27,916 nucleotides of DNA from Octopus sinensis (taxonomy: Eukaryota): NCBI RefSeq assembly GCF_006345805.1, contig NW_021827575.1, positions 1 through 27,916 of the forward strand, given 5' to 3'. Shown piece by piece: positions 11,256-19,792 of the stretch. The position numbers and the translations under genes are program-made. Under the pieces are notes generated by a model, which made no database searches, was not told where the DNA came from, and saw only the letters and a program-made list of their open reading frames with translations. Each line of letters begins with the position of its first letter. Position 1 is the stretch's first letter.

Positions 11256-11376
11256 ACTTACATCGCAGGATCTCGGAGGAGATAGTGTTAGTTGAAGGCT
11301 ACCAAACTTGCCACACAAAGACAACTTCAGCTTTGTATACAGATTATTATCAACAATAATTATTGTCATGATAATG

Positions 11377-11987
11377 TATGTGAATCGGAGGTGCAATAAT
11401 GTAGCTAAGTATGTGTTTTGGAGATGGTGTGAGAAGTACGGTCTTGATATACCATTGAAATAATATGAACATAAACCAGAAGGTGTCACCGAGAATAATG
11501 AGTACAAGATATCGTGGGATTTTATATAATCTTGTGTGATTCAGTGAATGATGTTCGGAGACCGGATATTGTTGTCGTCGATAAAAAGGAAAGCGGAAAC
11601 CAAGATCGTAGCTATTACCATAACTTATAATGCAGGATTGGATGTCAAAGAAGTAGAAAAGATTAAAAACCACAAAATATGAGATCACACGAATGTGGGT
11701 AATGAAGAAAGTAAATGTTATTTATGTAGTTGAAGGGGGCATTTGGGAGCATATAGAACCAGGTTTAGGAGATGTGTTAGAGAAGATGTGACTGGCATGA
11801 GAGTAAAACATGCTCGGAATATGCTAAGAAATTGCTTTATTGGGGAGAGCGTGGGTTTTGAGATTGATACTTTGGTGTTAAGCATCGTGGAAAGAAGCCT
11901 ACGGAGAGCTTTTACAGTAGGTTGTTGTCAGCTCTTACAGGATTCGACGAAGCACATGAAATCAAGAGATGTGAGAAATGAAATGGA

Positions 11988-11988
<1 letters not shown>
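11377..11988 (+). mobile_element. Degenerate 3' end of an R4/Dong-type non-LTR retrotransposon (restriction-like endonuclease domain)
   Basis: Across frameshifts: YVNRRCNNVAKYVFWRWCEKYGL..YEHKPEGVTENNEYKISWDF..RRPDIVVVDKK..KEVEKI..KYEITRMWVMKKVNVIYVV..EIALLGRAWVLRLIL* (stop 11879-11881). This matches the RH..VA / PD..D..KY RLE signature. A ~105-bp 3' UTR runs into (AAT)n. Confidence 0.85.
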
Positions 11989-12019
<31 letters not shown>

Positions 12020-12136
12020 TGATAATAATAATGGTAATAATAATAATAATGATAACAATGATAATAATAATAATAATGGTAATAATGATAATAATAAAAA
12101 TGATAATAATAATAATAATAATGGTAATAATGGTAA

Positions 12137-12169
<33 letters not shown>

Positions 12170-12217
12170 GTAATAATGGTAATGATAATAATAATAATAA
12201 TAATAATAATGGTAATA

Positions 12218-12266
<49 letters not shown>

Positions 12267-12357
12267 TAACAACAATAATAATAATGGTAATAATGATAAT
12301 AATAATAATGATAATAATAATAATAATAATGGTAATAATGGTAATAATAATAATAAC

Positions 12358-12395
<38 letters not shown>

Positions 12396-12439
12396 TAATA
12401 ATAATAATAATAGTAGTAGTAATAATGATAATAATAATG

Positions 12440-12475
<36 letters not shown>

Positions 12476-12502
12476 GTAATAATAATAATAATAATGATAA
12501 TA

Positions 12503-12540
<38 letters not shown>

Positions 12541-12541
12541 A
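11988..12541. repeat. ~550-bp (AAT)n tract with GAT/GGT/AAC variant units, ending in (GAT)n
   Basis: Visible directly. It explains the poly-N/I ORFs at 11743-12615. Confidence 0.95.
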
Positions 12542-13045
12542 ATTACTTGCACTCGTTTAATTATGAAGAAAAGCCGAGAGATTTAATCTGGTGGTATAAA
12601 ATTACCATAAGGTAATATAATTAGATCGCTGAGAAATAATGAAGCGTACAATTACCTTGGGCTGCAGGAGGTCGACAGAATAATGCAAAGAGAAATAGCG
12701 GCTAACGTCTGCGATATTGGAAGCGGTGATGGCGGTAGTAATGGCACTACAAATATTTGTTAAAATGGCGTTTGTTGAAATGGGGTTGATATGGCGTCTA
12801 CGATGTTGCCGGTAGTGTTGTTGTCGTTGTTGTTGGTTTGGTTGTGTATGATGTAATGTATCCTGTTGTTGTTGTTGTTCTTCGCTTTGTCTTGTTTGTT
12901 CGTGTCATATAATGTGGTGAAAAGGACACTGGTGTTTTCCAGTTCCATGATGTTGCTATTGTTATGACCGACATGTTGTTGCTATTGCCTCTGTTGTCAT
13001 CGGTGATGGCCATAATGTTGCCTCAACAACGTGCTATATATGTTC

Positions 13046-13078
<33 letters not shown>

Positions 13079-13421
13079 AGCGATCGGTCTTCGTCCCAGT
13101 GCTCACAAGATGGGAGAAGTCCGAAACGTGGTCCTTTGCTATTCGTAAGACCCGCAGGAGAGATAGCAGGTCAACCCCCGGCACCGAGAGTGCCGAGGCT
13201 CAGCGGTTGCGTAGGAGGTCGGGGACAAGAAACAGGAAGAAAGAGTTAGGGAAAGTTGGAGCGAAAGAGTACAACAGGGGTCGCCACCACCCCCAGCAGG
13301 ATCCACGTGGAGCTTTAGGTGTTTTCGCTCAATAAACACACACAACGCTCGGTCTCGGAATCGAAACAGTGATCCTCCGACCGCGAGTCCGCTTCCCTAA
13401 CCATTGGGCCATTACGCCTCC
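13046..13421 (-). mobile_element. Family B-headed SINE with a different 3' half and a (CAG/CAA)n tail
   Basis: 13230-13421 aligns inversely to 558-750. 13079-13230 is unrelated to the 3' half of the 558-943 copy. A further partial family B head lies at 13586-13685. Confidence 0.8.
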
Positions 13422-13778
13422 AGTGCTGTTGCTGTTTGTTTCTTCCGGAACCATGCCTGGTTCATTGACGTATAGGTTCCAAACATCATGGACAGGGTGC
13501 CGGTCCGTCACAGGTAAGCTGCTAGATGCAGGAGAAAAGAGTGAGAGAAATTTGTGGCGATAGAGTCAGCAGAGGTTCGCCATTACGCGTGGGACTTAGG
13601 TGTTTCGCTCATAAACACACATATCGTCCGGTCTGGGATCCATCGACCGCGAGTCCACTGATCTAACCATTAGGCCACGTCTCTTCACAATGTGCTATAT
13701 ATATTGGTTCCAAATTTTAGATAAAAGCCAACATGTCTGGGGAAGAGACTAAGTCAATTACATCGACCCCACTGCAAA

Positions 13779-14210
13779 TCTCTCTCTATCTAAACGGCAG
13801 TTTGTCTGTCTATGTGTCTGTCAGGTTGTACCCTCACCCTGACCACGGCTTTCAACCGATTCTGATGAAACTTGACACACACATAGCCCAATGTCATACT
13901 TCAAAACTGACGCAGCGAAAATTTTGAAAAGTTCCCCCAGTTCTGAAAAAATCGATAAATTCGACATGGGGCCCAGAATCTAAGCTTTTTATATGCAACA
14001 CATTTTCTGTCTAGGGGACACAACTCGACCTTTTTATCGCCCAAAGCGACAGCTAGGAACATCGTATACACAGAAGTATTCGAGTGAAGAGAAGACATTG
14101 CAGCCTACACATGCGCCTTCGTTCCCTAGAGGGAAAGGACCAGATTGGGATTAGCCGTTGCCTTCTAGGGGCTCTTACATACCCGGGCAACGCCGGGCTA
14201 TGCTGCTAGT
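13779..14210 (-). mobile_element. Non-autonomous rolling-circle-like element (Helitron/DINE-type) inserted into a family A SINE
   Basis: Minus strand starts ACTAGCAGCATAGCCCGGCGTTGCCCGGGT and ends AAACTGCCGTTTAGATAGAGAGAGAT. SINE A sequence continues on both sides (13749-13775 and 14233 onward). Confidence 0.6.
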
Positions 14211-14232
14211 CTTATATACATTTTAACAGCCT

Positions 14233-14695
14233 CGAAATGATGAAATATAAAGCCGACCTCGGTAGTATATGAACTCAGAACGTAAAGACGGGCGAAATGC
14301 CGCGAAGCATTTTGCCCGGCGCGCTAACGATTCTGCCAGCTCGGAGCGTTACACTCAATTCCTTTCTAATAAATTAAATGTTTTTAGTAGAAAGAAATTT
14401 TATATATATTTCTTTACTGCTCACAAAGGACTAAACATAGAGGGGACAAACAAGGACAGACAAAGGGATTAAGTCGATTACATTGACCCCAGTGCGTAAC
14501 TGGTACTCTATTTATCGACCCCGAAATGATGAAATATAAAGCCGACCTCGGTGGTATATGAACTCAGAACGTAAAGACGGGCGAAATGCCGCTAAGAATT
14601 TTGCCCGGCGCGCTAACGATTCTGCCACCTCGGAGCGTTACACTCAATTCCTTTCTAATAAATGAAATGTTTTTAGTAGAAGGACATTTTATATA
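14233..14695 (-). repeat. Direct duplication (offset 289 bp) of a SINE A head plus unique flank; includes a full SINE A at 14407-14632
   Basis: 14233-14405 and 14522-14695 are nearly identical, including the non-SINE flank TTACACTCAATTCCTTTCTAATAAAT. Confidence 0.85.
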
Positions 14696-15344
14696 ATTTT
14701 ATTATTCTCTAGCGCTAAAAATAAACACGAAAAATTAATAAAACATAAAAAAAAAGAAAACAAAGAAAACCAAAAAAAAGAAAAATAAGAAAGAAACAAG
14801 CCAGATTATATTCTCCAATTAACACATCGATTTATTTTCGCGGTTTACAACATTTTAAAGAAAATTAGAATAACAATTGGATTGCTTACGAATTTCCTTT
14901 TAACATTGCTGATTAATTGTCAGGAATTTACAATTCAGATTGGTTTACAATTTATAAAACGTGTATGTTATGTTTTGCTACAGAATATATTTCCGGACTA
15001 GTTTTAGGTTCGTATTTAACAGAGTCAATATAGTTCTTTGTTTACACTATACTTGCATTAAAAAAAAAGAAAATTCTTTCTATAAATGTGCTTCATTTTC
15101 TGAACTAACGTAAACACACAGTGTAAATACTGTTAAATGTATAACAGCTTAATCAGAATGTTTTTTGTTCAGCTTATGTATTATGCAAATTTAAAAGATC
15201 GAGTTGTTTGGTTCTGGTTATGTTGTGATGTCAAAGATAAATGGTGTAAGGCGATCCTAATGGTCCAAAGACGCCATGTTATTGTTAACGTTAAGGAGTG
15301 CAAGCGGGAATATCGATTTACAATACCATATAACACTATGTAAA

Positions 15345-15349
15345 TACAT

Positions 15350-15385
<36 letters not shown>

Positions 15386-15468
15386 CATATATATATTATA
15401 TATATATATATATGTATGTATATATATATTATATAATATTATATATAATACATACATATATATATATA

Positions 15469-15550
<82 letters not shown>
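15345..15550. repeat. (ATAC)n/(CA)n/(TA)n microsatellite abutting the PLE 3' end
   Basis: Visible directly. Confidence 0.95.
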
Positions 15551-15551
<1 letters not shown>

Positions 15552-15583
15552 ACGCGAGAAAGAAGCAACAAGAATGGATAGGT

Positions 15584-15673
15584 TTTTAGTACGATCGTTT
15601 CATATAAGGACAGGTTTTTTAAAAAGTTGCAAAGATTACAGCATATAACGAGTCCCGTACTCATCAGCTAAAA
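15584..15673 (-). ncRNA. Type I hammerhead ribozyme with palindromic minimal stem III and extended stem II
   Basis: TTTTAG-CTGATGA-[59 nt; GTA/TAT then GGGAC/GTCCT]-GAAA-CGATC-GTA-CTAAAA. Stem I is a perfect 6 bp, the core is intact and stem III is the palindrome ACGATCGT. Predicted GUA cleavage is between 15590 and 15589. Confidence 0.85.
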
Positions 15674-17063
15674 TACATGTAAGTTCTCTAGACATCCTAG
15701 TGTTTGAGGCTATACTCATGAAGTAATGTAGATAATTAAACAGTTTCTAAGTTCATTAAAGTTCTTTAAAGATGATGTACAGTCTTATCACAGAATTTTA
15801 AAAAAGTTTTGATAGCATCACAGAGAAGGTGACCTAATCCACATGAATTTCCATAGATATGATGAGGGATTAATACTCACAGAAGACAAATTTATCCATT
15901 GTTAATTACAACGAGGTGGGTCTCATTCCTGCTTATTAGCATTACAGAGAGGGTGAATTAATCCTTTGTATATATGCACAGATTCCAATGGTGTAGATGT
16001 AAATTTCTAGAGAAATGGAGATGAATTCATATTCACAGGCGATAAATTTTACAATGGTTGAACACAATGAGGTAGGTATCAATCCTTGTTATATGATTAG
16101 GTATTTGCCACATTAATCACATTACAGCTATTCACAAGAGGCTGTAGCTATTTAACTCTTAAAGGCTGAAGGGCTTACTAGATCGGCCAAGAATAGAGAA
16201 GGGAATAGAAGAAAGAGATAAAATAATGGAGGAGGGAGCAAAAGGGGGGGGGAGGGGGACTAAAAGAGAAGAGAAAAGAAACAGAGAATAAGAAGAAGAA
16301 AAAGAAAAAGAGAAAAGAGAAAGAAATAGGGAAAGAAGGGAAAAAAAGAAAAAGAAAAAAGAGGGTTCTAGTTATACAGAAGAGTTAGCAGACTGTAAGT
16401 CTGGTTTTAATCAACAGGCATCTAGGAACTAAGGAGAATATTATTCTTTGACCAGTAAACCGTTAATTTATTGCTGTTGAAATCAGCTATGATTTAAAGA
16501 GATCTAAAGAGATAACACAGTCAGGGGTTAAGGGGTCAGATGCTAAAATCACCAGAAAATACATTAGGAAAATCTAAGTATAATCTTATCAAAAAGTCAT
16601 TAAAAATTACTTATTTAATTTATTCATTTTATTGTCTTAAGGAGTTGTCGTTATTATTCATACATTGACGACTACAGGTCAAACTTATAAGCTCATTTAC
16701 AAGGTGTTAGGGTTGTCTATCATAATGAAGATAATCATATTATCACTGAGGGAATAGCCTTATTTATTTAATTATGAAATAGAATTATGGGGCTACAGTA
16801 ACTCATTATAATTTATTAGAGTTATGCTACTTAATTAGATTAAGTTAGAATTAAAATTAAATATTACAATTAAGATTTAAAATTAAGAATTTAAAAGTTG
16901 TGAGTTTGAAATTAATAAAGCCTCAATTAGTAGCGAATAAGTACTATTCATTTCCCTGATGCAGATATAAGGAAAAAGATAAAGATACTGTAATGTGAGA
17001 ACTCTTAGTTATCTACTTAAAGCATGCTATACTAGTAAAATCAAGTTATATCTATCTATCTAG

Positions 17064-17494
17064 TTATGATTTCCAATCATTAAAATATTTTAAAGTCTTC
17101 AATTTAGCGTGGACACAAACTTGACCTAGTTCGATATGGTTATTCATAAGTTTCTATTTACTATGCTTTAGAATTTCGTACGTCTCCATGGAGGCATAGT
17201 TGACAAACCAACCTACTATTTTTATACGGAATTGCTCTCCTAACTATTTCCCATTAAGGTTATAATTTTATTATTATTTTTGAGTTCCCGATTTTGTTTG
17301 AAAGTGTGGTGGTACCAGCTTTATGACGTAATTTAAAAGTCGAGATGTGATTTCAACTCTGGCTAAAAAATTAATTGTACAGCCAATGTAAAAATTTTGT
17401 TATTCTCCGTGGATATGGTACATTTATAGATTACTTATTTTCCCTACATAGACCGGTGCCGGGCATATTTTATTCTACACTTACACACAGGAGG
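17064..17494 (-). pseudogene. Frameshifted GIY-YIG endonuclease domain of the PLE
   Basis: Manual reconstruction with 8 one-base deletions and 1 one-base insertion: PPVCKCRIKxCPAxGLCRENxVIYKCTISTENNKIFYIGCTINFLARVENHISTFKLRHKAGTTTLSNKIxELKNNNKNYNLKWEIVRRAIPYKNSRLVCQLCLMETYEILKHSK*KLMNNHIELGQVCVHAKLKTLKYFNDWKS*. VIY/YIG, R, H, E and N motif residues are present. Confidence 0.88.
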
Positions 17495-17954
17495 AACAAT
17501 TTCAGGCCTTGGATTATTCCTGGGTAGATGTTTAAGGTTCCTATTTTTGATTATCATTTCTATAGTTGGTGCTGATATCTAAAGTATTGTTATTATTTAT
17601 GATCCTTCTGTTTCATCATTTAGTGTAAAGTCCTACCAAGATTTCTTATATTATTCGTAATGTTATTATTATTGTAGTCTTTTTATTCACCTGTATATTA
17701 TTGTTATAGATATCACTGATATTTTCATTCTCCTATTTTCTCCATTAGCCTTATTTTTATTATTTCTATTATTAACAATATTACTTTCTATTAATATCGG
17801 CATTGTTATTATTACTATTAATGTTAATGTTATTAGTCATTCTGTGGTTACTAATTTCACCTATGTTTTGATATTCCTATTGCTGTTTTATTGTTGGTAG
17901 TATTATTGTTATTGCTATTGGTATTCATTCTGATATTATTATTTTTATTTCTAT

Positions 17955-17986
<32 letters not shown>

Positions 17987-17988
<2 letters not shown>

Positions 17989-18365
17989 TAGCAGTATCGC
18001 CGGCGTTGCTCAGGTTTGTAAGGGAAATAACTATAAAGCATTTTTAGAGAGTTATAGCCAAAAAATAGCAAAAAAATGGAAAAAAAATTATGGTAAATTT
18101 TTTTGAGAGTTAAGAAAGGTCGAGTTGCGTCCCCTAGACAGTCTGTGGTTTGTGTTTCTGATTCTCGACCCCATGTCAAATTTATCGATTTTTTTCAGAA
18201 CTGGGAACTTTCAAAATTTTCGCTGCGTTAGTTTTGAATTATGACATTGGGCTATGTGTGTGTCAAGTTTCATCAGAATCGGTTGAAAGCCGTGGTCAGG
18301 GAGGGTACAACCAACAGACACACAGAAACACACACAGACAAACTGCCGTTTATATATAGAGAGAT
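17987..18365 (+). mobile_element. Non-autonomous rolling-circle-like element (Helitron/DINE-type), mosaic
   Basis: Starts ACTAGCAGTATCGCCGGCGTTGCTCAGGTTTGT and ends AAACTGCCGTTTATATATAGAGAGAT. The 5' ~120 bp matches the 22545-22944 copy and the 3' ~250 bp matches the 13779-14210 copy. Confidence 0.65.
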
Positions 18366-18409
18366 GTATGTATGTATGTATGTATGTATATATATATATA
18401 TATCACTGG

Positions 18410-18780
18410 GATTTTTTCGGTTTGAACGCCAGTTTTTAACATAATTTCTAGGTAACTAAAAAAATTTAAACTTCGTATACTGGTAGAATGTGTTTATAAA
18501 ACATCTTTTTCTTTTGGCTTTATTGAGAAAATTCTATAGTTTGTAAGATATTTGTTGCTTTTTTCTTCAATTTCTGCAATTTCAACCAATCACTGACCTC
18601 TATTGAGTTAAAAAAAAACATTCTGTGCCGTATGAATATGTCCCTCGTTTATGAAACAGATTGGGTTTATTTACATTTGTGAAGAAAAAAAGGTACCCTT
18701 CACCCACCCCTAACCCTAACCCTAACTAACCCTAACTAACCCTAAACCTAAAAGAGATTGAAATGCATATATGTATAAGG
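18410..18780. repeat. Unclassified interspersed repeat carrying a short (CCCTAA)-like run
   Basis: Bounded by (TA)-rich ends. Its left end AACGCCAGTTTT resembles the AACGGCAGTTT end of the rolling-circle-like elements. CCCTAA/CTAA units at 18708-18750. Confidence 0.4.
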
Positions 18781-18858
18781 ATGAAAAGGAACACACGAGT
18801 TGATATATATGAAAAAACTAGTAAAGATAGAAAATGCTAAATTAATTTTATGAAGAAC

Positions 18859-18904
18859 ATTTCAGTACCGGTTTCAGTCATTTGGAGACCTTTTCAACTG
18901 TAAC
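18859..18904 (-). ncRNA. Minimal type I hammerhead ribozyme with a U3-A8 variant core
   Basis: GTTACAG-TTGAAAA-GGTC-TCCAAAT-GACT-GAAA-CCG-GTA-CTGAAAT. Stem I has 6 of 7 pairs, stem II is 4 bp and stem III is the palindrome ACCGGT. Predicted GUA cleavage is between 18866 and 18865. The core UUGAAAA replaces C3-G8 with U3-A8. Confidence 0.72.
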
Positions 18905-19684
18905 AATTAAATAATTAAATTTAGAAAAATTAAAAGAAAAGTTTTTTTGAAAGAATATTTGTATAGTGTTCAAATATAAGTGACATGTTCCTTGTTTCTG
19001 CCTTTCTCTGTCTCTCTTGTTTACACTTGTGGGTTCGAGGTCGACCTTTCCATTGACATTTCCATGGCTCTTTGAGCCGTTACCAGTCTCTGCTCTTCTC
19101 TCTTTGTGGTAGCCCATGTTTCACTACCATATAACTTCAGCGAACATACATAGCAATTTCTCTTATAAACTCACCGTCATCAATGTCTATATGTTTCGTC
19201 ATCCTCGAATCCTATTAGTTGGCTGTTACTATCGTCTAAGGAATTGCCGTAGTTACGGTTGTTGTGGTTGAAAAGAAAAAAATGAACACGGTATTTTGCA
19301 GTATTTTTTTCTATTCCTATTAGAGTATAATACTCCAAGCGTAAACATTGCACTCTATACATTATAGAATGTGAGAGAATATGTTAATACTGTAATTGGG
19401 GAATGAAAAATGTAGATAAATGATCAGATGCAATATGGCCAAAAATGTATCCAATATGTTGTCATCAGTGAATTGCTATTTTCTCCTTCATCTTTTTACC
19501 GTTACTTATTTTGGTCATGTGAGTGCGGCATTACAGGAGCGCCAACTGCAAGACATTTTTATGGAATTAATGGCCGACAGTACTCAATCATTTTAAAGCT
19601 TATTGTTTATTTCGCCGGATTGTTTCGCCAAACCGCTGCCTAAAACGTGGGAAGAAACGAAATTTCTTTGCTCTCCTTAGGGCT

Positions 19685-19792
19685 GGCTCGTAAATTTTCG
19701 AGCCTCCTCAGGGGTGTCAAGTAGCAACCACACCGTTGCATATTTGACCACCCCTGAGATGAATTTAATAGTTGGCAGATACCCTGCCAACT
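19685..19792. other. Three consecutive strong hairpins (unknown structured element)
   Basis: GGCTCG/CGAGCC (19685-19704); a 22-bp stem with two 1-nt bulges and a 6-nt loop (19707-19758); AGTTGGCAG/CTGCCAACT (19770-19792). Confidence 0.75.

Larger units (their letters stand above)
15551..17958 (-). mobile_element. 5'-truncated Penelope-like retroelement (C-terminal GIY-YIG, Neptune-like), RT domain absent
   Basis: On the minus strand the order is: Asn-rich linker, CxC..C..C motif plus GIY-YIG endonuclease, stop at 17064-17066, ~1.5 kb 3' region, type I hammerhead 33 nt from the end. Both ends abut (TA)n. Hammerheads in terminal repeats and a C-terminal GIY-YIG are established PLE hallmarks. 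Confidence 0.85.

Noticed and set aside
11743-12615. 290-aa ORF with poly-I/poly-N
   Set aside because: It is an off-frame read of the R4/Dong 3' end running through the (AAT)n tract. No evidence of a gene.
13134-13174. HDV-like ribozyme resemblance in the SINE tail (TGCTAT/ATAGCA, CGAA)
   Set aside because: P1 is too short and P1.1/P4 are absent. A simple GACCTGC/GCGGGTC hairpin explains it.
13476-13513. 38-nt candidate micro-exon (TATAG|...CAG|GTAAGC)
   Set aside because: Good donor but weak acceptor, and no partner exons. It cannot be supported without RNA-seq.
15830-16600. Foreign DNA with a reassigned genetic code (TAR=Gln or TGA=Trp read-through)
   Set aside because: Stops occur in all frames at frequencies expected for AT-rich DNA, and the neighbouring GIY-YIG ends in a normal TAA. 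Frameshift error is a simpler explanation.
15600-17950. Mitochondrial insertion (NUMT) suspected from AT-richness
   Set aside because: No mitochondrial gene motifs were found. The region is explained by a PLE.
18708-18750. Interstitial telomeric (CCCTAA)n
   Set aside because: Only 2-3 perfect units, embedded in an interspersed repeat.
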